A program made the position numbers and the translations under genes. A stretch of DNA of 64,000 nt from Azolla caroliniana (Eukaryota > Plantae > Polypodiophyta), in contig JBHGNT010000007.1 in assembly GCA_043228905.1 (NCBI GenBank), positions 4,030,001 to 4,094,000 of the forward strand. Direction: 5' to 3'. Numbering within the stretch: position 1 is the first letter of the stretch; every line of letters starts with the position of its first letter. Of this stretch, positions 13,010 through 26,247 are shown one piece after another. The notes under the pieces are model-generated. The model saw nothing but the letters and a program-made list of their open reading frames with translations. It made no database searches and was not told the origin of the DNA.

Positions 13010-13630
13010 AAAACACTAAAAGTAGTCTCCATTACCACAGTAATGGCTTCTTCAAAACGATATGCATTCCATTACAGTACACTCATGGACAATAGGCCTT
13101 CCCTTTTCAAAATTGGGCTTATCTAAAAAACAGTAACAGTAGTCTCCATTAACGGAGTAATGGGCTTCTTCAAAACAATGCATTCCATCACAGTACAATC
13201 ATGGATAATAGGCCTTCTTCCCCATTCAAAATTGGGCTTATCCAAAATACACAAACAGTAGTCTCCATTACCACAATAATGGTTTCTTTAAAACAATGCT
13301 ACACATGGACAACCGGCCTTCCCTAATCAAAACAGTAACAGTACTCTCCATTACCGCAGCAATGGCTTCTCCAAAATACACAAACAGTAGTCTCCATTAC
13401 CGCAATAATGGTTTCTTCAAAACAATGCTATACATGGACAACCGGCCTTCCCTAATCAAAACAGTAACAGTACTCTCCATTACCGCAGCAATGGCTTCTC
13501 CAAAACAATGCATTACAGTACACTCATGGACAAGAGGCCTTCCCTATACATATGCACGAATTGAATGCATCAGACTTAAAATTTATTCTGCTGCGGTAAT
13601 GGCTTCTTCAGACCAATGCAATTATTCCAT
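13010..13630. repeat. tandem array (6 + 1 degenerate units) with CCATTAC-N4-GTAATGG-type hairpins; includes a near-exact ~129-bp tandem duplication
   Basis: Hairpin cores at about 13029, 13146, 13265, 13348, 13394 and 13477, with a degenerate one near 13590. The segments ~13243-13371 and ~13372-13500 are nearly identical. Confidence 0.85.
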
Positions 13631-14509
13631 TCCAATAGACACAAGGACAATCCACGTCTCTATACATCTGGACGAACTTAGAGCATCAACTTAAGGAAAT
13701 ATTCAGATCCAAGAGCAATCACACAAACCATCACATCAATATAGCTTGATAGATACCACATTACACAAATTCATGTCTTTATGTCAGCGAAAATAATGCA
13801 TTACAAAAGATGAAAAATCCACACAGGGATACACAAATCTGTCTGCAGTTTAGAAGTAAAATTATGTCAGATTTCAAAGCCAAGGATAACAAAGAAGAAG
13901 GTTAAACCTAAATCAATCGGACCTGGGACAAGGGAGATTGAGAGTCAGAGCTCTATCGATCACCTCATGGCTTGAGTTCAGAGGAGAGGTAACTTGAATC
14001 CAACTAAAATTGCCCCAATTCCATCTACCTACCATTATTATTATACAAACTAAAGAAAGGCTTCGCTTTTTACCATATGAGATTTCACCAATAGAGCTAC
14101 TAGACCTTATAATATAGGGTTGTTTAAATATGGAATGCACATTGAAGGACATCTTCTTTCGTATATGAAAACATCCACTCCCAAGCCATCTCCTTTGGCA
14201 TTTGAAAAGTCCCTGTTGGGTTTGGGGTTGAAGAGGGATAGGGTTTTAAGAATTCGCGGGATTAATCATTTATGGTATTTAGAGTGAAGAGTGCAAATTT
14301 TTAGACGGATGGGACTTATGGTTGTAGGTTAGGTTATAAGATTTAGGTTTTACGGTTCAAGTTCAGTTTAAGATTTAAGTGGATTAGGGTTTAGAATGTA
14401 GAATGATTACGGTTCAAAGGTAGTGATCCAGGGTTTAGAGTTCAAGATATATGGAATAAGAAATAGGACTAAGTAAGGATCAGGGATTATGGTTTTTAGG
14501 ATTGTCTGT

Positions 14510-17500
14510 CTATAACCGACCTCCCCATCCACCTGATGCGTCTGCTATATGAGCACCAGCATATTCAGCAGGTGGAGGGTAGGGATAACCAGCGTTGACA
14601 AACTGAGGTGATGGATATGGAGAGAGGATTTGTAGAGGCTGAGTCAGGAGACGATATTCTATGCCCAGATCTGAGAAGAATCTCTTCATCTCTAAGAGCA
14701 GCTCTGATCTTCTGCTCATTCTCTCACCAAAGTTCTGGAAATTAATGGTGTGTTGCATAGTCACAGAGAGCTTGAGTCTATTTAGCTCCTCCAATTCTTT
14801 TACTATAACACTGAACTTGGGCTGCCAATGCTCACTCTTCTTCTCCACATACCTGCACATGCATAAATAAAATTATTGTCTATCAAAACCGCCTTGTGCC
14901 AGTTGAATTCAAGATTAGGGTTTCGAAGCTTGTGTCAATTGGATACAATTGGATACAAGTTTTGGGGTTCCGAAACTTGTGCCTATAAAATGATCGACTA
15001 GAGTTTTGGGGACAGAAACTTATGTTGGGTTTAGTTAGTATAGAATTAGGAGCTATCGAACCTTCTATTAGACTAGTTCAATATAGGTTACGAAGGATTT
15101 ACAGGTTTGTATCTTCAGAAAATGCAAGTTTTATTACGGGTTTAGGATTTAGAAGCTTGTGGCTATAGAATGGACATCTAGGTAAATTTTGAGATTTAGA
15201 AGATTGTGTCTATTCAATGAGTGCTTAGATTAAGTCTTAGAAACTTGAGTGTTCTGTAGAAGTTTGTGTCTTTGGAATCCATATTTAGAAACTTCGATTG
15301 GAATTTGCGTAAAGTTAAGTTTTACAGGATTGTTTCAATAGTTTGCTTTTACATACAAATAAAATCCGTATTAAACCACAAAACTCACCCTGCGATCTTC
15401 TCCTTGAATGCATTAATCTTCTCTGTTGTCGTTGAGATGTGAACAGCAAAATCCAGGAAGTCTTTCATATCAGGGCTCCGATACAAATTGCTGATCGGCT
15501 TTGTTGCGAGTACGGAATTGGGATAAAACACCTTCTCATTGTCCGGCTTCAAGAATACTGTGGTCAAGATCTTCATCTCCTCCACAACTAGCTGCAATAT
15601 AACCACCACATATAGGTCAATAAACAGTAACATTCCTTTGATTTTGCCCATCATAAGCTAGACCAAATAAAACTGCCTTCCTCTTACCTGGACGCCATCT
15701 ACTATGCACCGATCTCCCACATCATAAGGATGCATCACAAACAAGAATATGATGGCCTCAAATATCTGCTTCACCGTATTACCAAACACAAAGGCAACAA
15801 GCAACAATTGGGAGCCAGCAAACACTAGGATTTGCGTGGATGCAATGCCTAGCACAAGAAGCCACACTACGATGATGATGATGGACACGATAGCGCTCGC
15901 CATGCGATGCAACTCTTTCACTGCAGTCTTCGTATCATTCAAAGAGTGAGCTAGTGACCTCCTCTCTTGATATACTTTCACCTGCATACATCATAGTAGA
16001 AGTCATTAGGGTTTCCCCTTCTGGATCTAGCTGTGTTTATAAGTTTGTAAGCACCTATTCAGTTACAACTAATGTTGCGAGGCTAAACCTTGTACCCATT
16101 ATACGTCCCAGAAAAACCTATGTACACAGGTCCTGGCTAAGTTTGTAGGGCTAAACCTCGTACCCATTATCAATACGTAGGAGAAAACTTTATCTACACA
16201 GTTCCTGGCAAAGTCTGTGGGGCTAAACCTTGTAACCCATACGAGAAAACATATGTACACAGCTCCAGCTTCCAAGCACTGCTATTTTATATACTATGTC
16301 ACATACATCTTAATCTTTCGGTTTTCTTGCTCAAGATCTAGTAGCGTTTAAGCTTGTAGCATTTCTATATTAACAGCATGAAGGCCAACATGTACAGGAA
16401 AACCAACATGCGTTTATCATGAGCTTGGAAATCCTTACCACCCAATTTTTCAATGCCTTTTTGGTAATCTTGCCCGTGTCTTTTGCACCCTCAAATAGAC
16501 ACATCACATTGTTAATCTCCTCTTCAGGTATAAATCGCAAGAGGTCCTCCCTGGTAATAAACCTGGGTAGGCCAAACGGTCAAAACCAAATCAGATATTA
16601 ACAACAAACGATGGAAAGATGTAATGCTTCTTATTTCTTCTTCATGTTTTGATTGAAATGAGCATTTCTAAAACATAAGAAACCTGGGACATTTTTTTTC
16701 CCCACTGTGATTCCTACGTCATTGGAAATCAGGGCCTAACAAGTTGAGCTTCACACTACGATGAATTTGTACATGGTGTTTTTACCAAACATTTCTACAT
16801 GACTGCCAATGTGATGGTATTGTGCACGAAATTACATCACAACATTCTTACAATAGCTTACCCAGAATCTGGTTGAGTCACATTCCTGAAGATCAACTTG
16901 GCAGCAACCTTGGCTTGCAATTCGCTATTAATCTCGACTTCCTGGGAGCTGGTTTCAAATGTATCAACCTCCTGATCAATTGTTGTTACGAGTGCCCGAA
17001 ATCCAGGGTGCTTCACCACACCCATAAGCTTGGTTATCAATCCCGCTGAGATGTCTTGGCTTGAGAGCTTCCGAATGTAATTCATCTGAATCTTATTCTG
17101 GTTGTTACTAACCTTATCATTTGCAGGGGTAGTAGTACTCACTCTCGAGGGCCTCCGAGTCAGGGAGGGCACTTTCTCAGATACTGAGGTTCCTCTCTGG
17201 GACATTGATGATACACCTGGATCCTCACGGTAATACAAATGAAGAGATGGGCCCAACAAAGATTCCAGGATGTGTTGGTTAAACAAGGACTCTTGGATTC
17301 GATCAAAGAAAGTGCTAACATGGAATGATGAAGCAAGAGATTTCACCATAAGAAGCTTAGCTAACCAGATGAATGCAGCGATAACAAAACATTCAAAAAG
17401 ATTTGTTATAACTGATATAATCCGATGGCTTTTTGTGGATGTTTCAACGACTGGATCAATTATGAGTTTCCATGCAAGGAGAGTTAAACCCAACCAGAGA

Positions 17501-19395
17501 CAGTTCTGGACCCCCTTTCGCAACCCGTACACAAAATAAAGAAGCTTCTTACGAACAAGAAAATTCTTTTCAAAGATAAAAATAAGTAGATGGATGAGCC
17601 AACCTGAGACTAATCTTCCGGAGAATATAACGAGAACCATTAAAATCCATTTCCAGAGCTCTAAGCCCCATGCTTCTCTTCCTTTAAGCGGTTTCAGTGT
17701 TAGAGAGCAGAATAAACCTCCTAAAATGAGGACGAAAGCTAACCACTGTAGCACTGTGAGAATCTTTGAGCTCCCGTGGCTGAACTTCGTATCTGTGTCT
17801 ATGTCTTTGAAAGGGTCTTCGTCATCTTCATTTCCTGTAAATTTATGCTGATCTACAGGTACTTCATTGCCTGCAGAACTGTTCTTTGGATTAGCAACTG
17901 ATGGCGGGAGAGGAGGAACTTGAACAGAAACCTCAATTAGCCTTGACTTTGTTTTTGCCTTCTGAACAAACTCTCTTGCGTGAAGAAGAGCAGTTGCCGC
18001 TGTGGCTACGGTGCTCCCTTTGGTATCTGGAGCTTCTACGGAATCTTCGCAATTATTAAGTTCTGTAACCCTATGAGATATACCTGAATGGCCAGGAGAC
18101 TTTACCCTAGAGCTTTCCTTTAAAGCTGAGGGATTACTATTTCGACGATCTCCATTGTCATAGTAACTTGCAGACTCTTTCTTTACATTAAAATCGCTGT
18201 TACACGAATTTGATGTAGACTTGACAATCTGTTGTTTATGACGTTGCATAATATCATCCATAGACTTAAGGTTTTGCTGCAGATCTCCATAAAACATAGA
18301 ACCAGTTTTCTTGTCAATCTGAGTAAGATTGTTCTGGACATGTCTCAGGTTCAGATCGATCGTGGCTTCTTCCGTATCAATCAATGTTGCAGAAGCGTTG
18401 TTCTTTTCCTTCTCTTCATTAAAATTTCCAGCGTCCCTCTTCAAATCCTTGCAGCGGTTCTCTGACGATGTTATATGTTGACTCGAAGTTGTTAAAGAAG
18501 CCAATTTATTCTTTTGATCCCCGTTTTCAGTCTGAGAAGAGAGATTTTGAAGATTCTCCATAGGTCTGGGCTCTGAGTATGTTGCCGAAGAGGAAGATGA
18601 AGTTGAAGACGTGGAAGTGGAGGAAGATGAAGAAGATGGAGACGGAGACGGAGATGGATTAAACCTGCAGTACGGATCAGCTGTTATATTTACTTGCTCG
18701 CGAGCTGAAGAAGAAATATTCGATAGAGAGGTTATGTCGTTATCCAAGATCAGGCGAGAAATTGGCTCTGGTTTATTAGCGATTTCTTTGGGGCAGAAAG
18801 AGAAATCATGAGACTCGAGCAGGTGATCAGAGAGAGGTCGGCGATGGCGATGGAGGTTTAAAACCCTGGCCTCAGGAACAATGTTATCGGTGACATTACT
18901 AGTGTCGTGGTTAACAATAATATTATCGAGGTCTAGAGAATGGTGATGAGGAACAGCTTCTGAGCTTTCATGGCTTCCTCGACGAAATTGAGACAGACTA
19001 TATTCACGTCCAGGAGAAGGTTTGCGTTGTTGCTTTACTCCTGAGACGAGGTCGCCATGGCCGCCATTTTCTGCTGTTATGCTAGCATTGTCTACCGTGA
19101 CAGTGGTAGATTCTGGCGATGACGGAGTTTGTATTAAGCTGTGCGGAAGCTCATTATGTTGAGTATCTTCAGGTTTAGTAGGAAGATGATCAGGACTGGC
19201 TAGCTGCTCCCAAATTGCGTCGTTTCTCTCTGATAATAGTCCTGAGCTTAATCGTTGCTTCTGCACAGACTCTGCAGGATCATCGGTGGGTATGGCGTCC
19301 TTGATGATTTGGCTGGACTCCACAACCCTTACTATCACGGCTTCATTATCGACACCATTGCCATCGCCATCACCATAGCTAGCTTCAGGTTTCAT
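14510..19395 (-). CDS. MSL: MscS-like mechanosensitive ion channel (plant MSL4-10 group), copy A, full length, ~1165 aa
   Basis: Exons 19395-16862, 16562-16439, 15981-15688, 15591-15389 and 14852-14510, all GT-AG and phase-consistent. Same diagnostic motifs as copy B, plus a long Ser/Pro-rich disordered N-terminus. Confidence 0.93.
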
Positions 19396-19984
19396 GGCAG
19401 AATTGCGCAGTTATATAAGCTGTGAGAGGAGAGTATTTGACGCGCCAGACTAACAATAAAACCCTAAACAGAAATAACAAGGAAATTTTGATCCTTTCTT
19501 CTTCCTCCTGCTTTCTTTCTTACTCGTCCTATTCCTTGTATCCTTCTTCATCTTTAATCTCATTCTCTGCAGAACCAATCTGAGCAGAGACTTATGGACT
19601 CAGCAACCGTTCCTTGCCTACATTAGAGCTCTGAACGGGATAATCGTGAAGCAGAAAGCTTGCCGAACCTCATGAGATCAGTGGCGATGGCGAGGATGAG
19701 CAAGCAAGCAAAGCACAAACAACGAGCAAGGGATTTTCTAGGGTTTCAGGAGCAAAACTGCAGGACACATCAAAATTAGGGTTTCAAAGTTTTGGCGGTC
19801 TTTCAGGGGGGGTTTTCCCTGGGGAGGCGAAACCCTCTCTAGAGTATCAAACGTTAGGGGGTTTCCAGCGATGGAGACTGGGGGGGCTAAAGAACTTAGG
19901 GTTTGGGTTTAGGGTTTAGAAGCTAAAAACCCTAGACTCAGAGCGTGGGGTATGGAATCGAGGAATTTGATGGCTGGCGCACTT

Positions 19985-19997
19985 TGTAGAGAGAGAG

Positions 19998-20039
<42 letters not shown>

Positions 20040-20072
20040 CTTGTCTGTATAATCATTAGCTTTTCTGTTCCT

Positions 20073-20117
<45 letters not shown>

Positions 20118-20345
20118 TAGACACACACACACAGAGGGAGAGAGACAGAGACAGAGAGAAGAGAGATAGACAGACACACAGGAAGAGAGAGAGAGAGAGA
20201 GACACACACACACACACATAGAGAGAGAGACACACACACACACAAATAGAGAGAGACACACACACATAGAGAGAGACACACACACGCTGACTCGGACAGA
20301 GAAAAGAAAGAAAGAAAAGAGAGAGTGTGTGTGTGTGTGCCCGCG
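19985..20345. repeat. compound (GA)n/(GT)n/(CA)n microsatellite upstream of MSL copy A
   Basis: Long GA, GT and CA dinucleotide runs are directly visible, followed by (GACG)n and (TCGTG)n. Confidence 0.95.
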
Positions 20346-21174
20346 CGCGCGCGCGAATTTCCCGTCGGGAATTTCAATTTTCCCGATCGGAAAGCCGTCC
20401 GGACGGACGGACGGACGGACGGAAATGGGAAACTGGAAAACATTATGCGGGAGATGCTACACGAGTACTCGTGTTTGTTCCGCAACGTAAAAAATTTACA
20501 GACCGACTCCTGTCGTGTCGTGTCGTGTCGTGAGAGCCACACGCTCGACTCGCATCCATCAATTCGATCTCTATGTGTGTGTGTGTATTCATCCTTCGTG
20601 CTTCTCGTGGTCTGGCATGTCCAAGAGAGACAAACGTTTCGGACCGATAAGCTCTTGTATTTTTTAGGGAAACGTAGAAGTTCGTCTATTTACCAGAATG
20701 CCCCTGGAAGTTCCAAATTTACCAAACTACCCCTATGTCCAAGAAATTACACTTTATAAAGTAATTATGTATACACTCAAATCTACAAGCCCTATTTACT
20801 AAAGATGGAAGAAATGGACCCGAACTAACCCTATTTACCAAACAAACTCTCTTCTCTAGCACATAGGGAGGGATAAAACAAAAAAAAGCATCTAGCAAGA
20901 AGAGTGTTTTGTCGTTTCGTGCTTGGCATGTAGGGAAGGGAATATAACATACTTGTTTCAATGTAGATAACTGTTTGGCACGCTACGATTTGGTGGGGTT
21001 TGGTCAAGTGTTTTTGTCATGGCGGTTACGGTTACAGGACAATATGCGAGTGTTTCTTTAACATAGAAGTTTCATTTGGGGGGGGCGGGGGGGGAGAGAA
21101 AGTGGCAAGAATCTTCTTCTTTACAAAGAAGTTGAGTTTTTTTTTGTTTTTCTCCTCGTGGACCTGGCCAGCAT

Positions 21175-21420
21175 TTGATCCACATGGCATGACCATTTTT
21201 TCCGGTAGGTATTTCCTCTCCTAGATCCATTTAAAAACCCATTCATGGATTTAGACTCAAACTTCATATTATACAAGACAAATGTGAGTGAGGTTTTGAC
21301 CTAGATAGATGCTTGATCCAGATGCTATGACAATTTTTTTGAGTAGGTATTTCTTGTCCATGATCAATTTAAAGACCTGTGCATGGAATTCAAAGTCAAT
21401 AATCATATTATATAAGAGTA
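21175..21420. repeat. degenerate ~140-bp tandem duplication
   Basis: TTGATCCA.ATG..ATGAC.ATTTTTT...GTAGGTATTTC...CATATTATA.AAGA occurs twice (about 21175 and 21313). Confidence 0.6.
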
Positions 21421-22045
21421 AGGTGTAACTCCAACTTCACCAATGTGCATCGTTCACAAGTCCTTATTTATTCATTTAAAATGCTAACCTATATTACACG
21501 GTAGAGCTATTATTTTAATTCATTCATATTTTAAACATAGTAGCAATATATATTGAAGATTATGGGTCAACCTTTGTGTCATTACAAATGTTATAGGAAC
21601 TGTAAAGCTACTTTTAATGTTTTAAGGGTAGGATAGTTGGGAAACCGGTTACCCTAGGAATTGGGACAAACCCATGTGGACCTATGACACATGGTAACAC
21701 GTAGTGGACTAGAAGCCTCAGATGTTGAGATATAACCCCTTCATCACAACATCTTTACATGTCTTCGAGACTCTATTTGTGAGGCTAAAGCTCTTTGCAT
21801 CAAATCCGTTGCTCAACATCCAAGGTATAACATAAGGTAATATTCAATGATATTTTATGTTCATCTCATGTCCTTTGCTTATGGGTGGCCGATGTGGCTA
21901 AGTGCCCTTAATCTCTTATTCTTTTTTGCAAGTCATTGTAATATTTGGCATAACTTTACGAACCAATTGTAAAACTATGCCATAGCAATAACTCGTCCAA
22001 ATTACAAAAATGCTTGCTTACATTAGTATTAATGAATCTTATTAT

Positions 22046-22669
22046 TGTTAGGAAACAAGTCCCTCCAGATGGGAAGGGAAGAGCTGAACCGAAAACCGAA
22101 ATTGAGAATCGATTTATGACCGATTCGGAAGACTATATTTGTAAATAGTCAAATGTGCCCCTTGTGGGCTATAATTGTAAATAGCCAGAAAGTTGTTTTA
22201 GTATAAAAACAACTAGGGCAAACTTTACGGGTAGTGTTAGTGTATCATTATTAGTTGTTGCATAGTTAGAGAAGGTTGTTGCCTCCTGTAACTGTGTTGG
22301 TGAGTGAGAGTTAAAAAACAACTAGGGCAAACGTTATGGGTAGCGTTAGTGTATCATTATTAGTTGTTGCATAGTTAGAGAAGGTTGTTGCCTTTGTAAC
22401 TGTGTAACTCTGTTAGACGAAGAATATCTCTAGGTCATTGCCTCCGAGTATCTTATTGTACGCCTCCTCATCATAGTGATTCAGTTTTGGGGTTTGTGGA
22501 GTCCACGTGGTTTTTCCCGATTTGGGTTTTCCACGTTAAATCTTGTGTCTCTATTTTTTTTTGTTTTCTGCCCCCTCTTGTTTATCTGTCTCTGCACTGT
22601 TCTTTTCTCGACTTTTGTTCCCGAACAAAAGAACGAGCAACCGATTGTGGTCAGTAGCGATTCTCGACA
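22046..22669 (+). mobile_element. solo LTR (copia-type) with 5-bp target site duplication ATTAT
   Basis: TG...CA termini with ATTAT at 22041-22045 and 22670-22674. Contains the GTGGTTTTTCCCG...GGGTTTTCCACGT motif common in plant copia LTRs and an internal ~110-bp tandem duplication (about 22204 and 22313). Confidence 0.85.
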
Positions 22670-24337
22670 ATTATAGCACGGTGATGCATGCTTTTTAGGT
22701 GCCAACATTCACTATCTAAGTGTTATGGGTATGCCCACCCACAAGATGTGATGACAAAGTAATAACGAGAGAGATTGTTGCATTGTCTATTAAGAGACAT
22801 CGATATACATGTGATGTGAGGGTTAGAGATAATTGGCACATTCACATGTTATTCAACCCAATGCAAATATCCTATAGGAGCAATGCATGAAAACAAGGCA
22901 TACAGTAATAAGGTCACAACCAAGACAAAACGCTCCAAGACAGAGATAGATCAAGATGGCAAGGAATCAATCCAAATGCCAAAGATGACGGCCTCATTAT
23001 TTACAATAGATATTGTCCTAGTGTACAATGTCTCTCTCACATGCACTTTGTCTGAAAATGGCTAATTCTCCCCAAGATTTAAGTTTATCCTATATACACT
23101 CACACTACTCCAGCCCAATGGTCTTTCCCATGGTTTCTTATAAACAACCATCTTCCACCAAAGGTCAATATAAATCAAAAGTTTATGTCCGTTTACATCC
23201 TTCTAGTGTAGGTATACCATCTACGCATATGTATAGACATCTACGTGTTGGTCACATAGAAAAGCCCATCCTAGTTACATAGGAAGATCATCACCCTTGC
23301 AATGGACGTGTATTGGAATCCATGGTCTGTGATTTGGCATTCATCTATACTTCACCATTCACAATATGTTATATGACATCAAGTATTTATATGCAACGTA
23401 ACACTTGCACGACCAAAATCAACCCACAAAACCAATATAAAGCATAGAGGGACTTTTGTGAGTTGCATCAAATATGTTGACTAATGTATACGCACTTTTC
23501 AACACAGTGATCCAACTCTTCTCAATGCAATCCTAGCAAAACTAATGTTGCATGTCTATATCCTTAGTAATTGTGTGAAAGATCAAATCTCACACCAACA
23601 CAAACACATTTTGGCTATATTTATGAAGGGTTGGACTTTTGGCTGGCCTAACCCATGTCCACTTCGAGGTGAGAAAGCGACGATGCTTCCATGCATGTAT
23701 TGTTGGCATCAACATATTGTATTTTTACTGTCAACAACGTTGTGCACTTGTGGTGTCTTGATTGTAGTACCAGGGAGATGCATCCACATACCCCGAGTTC
23801 ACTTATTGTTTATTATTACAAAAAGATGCTTCCCATCAGTTAAGTAGAGTGTCTTTACACTCCAATATGTACAACGGAAATGTCATCATAGACATTCAAC
23901 CACATTACCCCAACATGCGTTTCTCATCATGCAGTATGTAAATTTTTAGAAAAGTACCATCTTGTTATTCATGAAACTGAAAAGTCAAAAGTCTGAAAAA
24001 CCACCACCAATCTGTCCACTTTTAAGGCTTAGGCTTTGGTACTTCATACCAACGAGACAAAGAGAAAGAGAGTGGAGGGAAAGAATATACTAAGAGGACT
24101 TTTAAGTTTTATTATCAAATAAATCGAAGATCACAATTATAAGAATTGTACTTGATCAAATGATAATCAACAACATAAGAGATGGGGGATGAGCTCGTAT
24201 ACAAATTCTGAGCACACATTGTCATTAAGGAGACTAGTTTGCTATCCTTGATTAATAATTGATTTACTCTTGGTATTATTCGTAATTTTCCCTTATATTG
24301 GTTAATACATTGTTGTGGTGCATCTTATGTGTTTGTA

Positions 24338-24368
<31 letters not shown>

Positions 24369-24589
24369 CATACATGCACATAAACACACACAAATCCTAC
24401 TCAATTTATATTCTTGCATAGAAAAGGATTGTTTATATTGCATCCGAATATTTGTCATATAAATAGATTGATAGATACAAATATAGATATATAATACCTT
24501 ATATATCAAGACATTATCATAAATGATATACTTCACAATATATTTTTAATAAAATAAAAAATAAAGCATTTTTCCCTTTGAGTTCTTGA

Positions 24590-25650
24590 AATGTATAATG
24601 GTTGGATATTCAGAAATAGAGAACAAAGATGACATTATAGTTAGACATGATTTACAAATGATGCAATTTCCATATGGATAATGCTAGTCACAAGGGTGCC
24701 AAACGTGAAGGAATGATGGTTCGAATAGATGGATCACCAACTTTCACTCCATCATGTCCACATTATGCAAATGCAAGGTCCTTGAGACTTGCCCTCTTTA
24801 ATGCACTAAAATTATATAGTACATGCCAATGTGGTCCAGATGGTGTGTCGTAAGGGATTCCAAAGGAGTAAATAAATAAATCTCACCAACAACCAAATAT
24901 TTATCCATTTGTTGGTACCATAAAGGGAGAGCAATAAATGAAGCCCGAGAGCTTTTTGATGAATTAATGTTGGTTTGAGATGGGGTACAATAGACTGCCA
25001 TGTTATTAGGCCATACTGAGCATGATAAGAACGAGGATGCTATACAACTCTAGTCTCTATCCTCAAATGCTTGTGCAAGGCCTCTTACCTAGTATGGTGC
25101 CATTTTTTGGTATGTTGAAAAACATGTGGCAACATGGGAGATATACAGAAAAGGAACAACTTATATGCTCAAATGTCTTGGCAGAACACGGAGGTCACTG
25201 AAACAAGTGATCTTATTGACATGTATGCAAAATGTGGAAGTATGCTTGAAGCTCATAAAGTATTTGCTATTAGACAAGCAAGAAGTCTTATTGAACGGAC
25301 TGGTTTAATTTCAGGATATGCTCGAAACGGAGCAATTGTACTGAAAACATTTAGCACAATTATGGTTTCAAATATTGTCTCGTGGAATGCACTCAAAAGA
25401 GGCTATAGAGACCATGGATATGCTGAGGAGGTGTTGTATTAGTTTTGAATAGATGCGAGACAATACATGTATAGCATTTACTTTAATTTTAATACCAATG
25501 GAGGATATTTTTTATGGAAAAAAAACAACCAAATATTGATGCCAATGCATACTCTCGTCGATTCCATGGTGCAATGGCTTGTCGAGTGGAGCTTTATGGC
25601 TTTATTGATATGTTGCATTGATTGGCATGGTAGTTTCCTATATTTTATGG
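24590..25650 (+). pseudogene. decayed PLS-class pentatricopeptide repeat (PPR) gene
   Basis: Fragments EARELFDEL..D.V.*TAMLLGHTEH, LIDMYAKCGSMLEAHKVF, LISGYARNG and NIVSWNAL..GYRDHGYAEE, interrupted by stops and frameshifts. Confidence 0.8.
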
Positions 25651-26207
25651 GACTCTAGGAAGCTATTTTGATTATAACCATAATAGTATCTTTGCTTGTG
25701 AGGGACATCTCAAAGAAATATGTCATAAACGAGATGAAAAGAATCGTATTGAACATAGACCATATACATTATCATTTGAATGTATTACCTAATGGTCCAA
25801 TGAATCATGATACGCAATGGGATTGTGTGTTTGGAAAGATGGAAAATATCAAGATCCAAGAGCTAATTAGATATTGACAAAGATGGAGAAATTATATTTT
25901 TGGGAACTCCATTTATATGTGTCAGGATAATATGTTGACAAGTAGACTTGTTTAGGTTAAGTATCAAATGATAATTAATATTTTAAGAAAACAATCATGG
26001 AGTTGTTCATTGTTAGGCAAGGGTGGTTGTAAAAAAAACAACACCAATGATAAGATTGATCCTAACTTTTATATGTATTTTTTCTAGAAGTTCAATATGA
26101 ATTGAGCCCTCCCTCCACTCTCAAGTGTTGATTGTAGGTGAATTACATGCTGATTGCATTGTTGTTGTTATCTTCCCCTATTTTACTCATTGCAAAATTG
26201 GGTCTAT

Positions 26208-26247
<40 letters not shown>

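Noticed and set aside
13010-13630. CRISPR-like appearance of the palindromic repeat array, and the 132-aa ORF 13296-13694 over it
   Set aside because: The spacers are homologous to each other rather than unique, unit length is irregular, there are no cas genes and the context is eukaryotic. The ORF merely reflects the tandem duplication.
19916-20759. Several ORFs rich in CV/SL/HT dipeptides
   Set aside because: They are translations of GA/GT/CA microsatellites.
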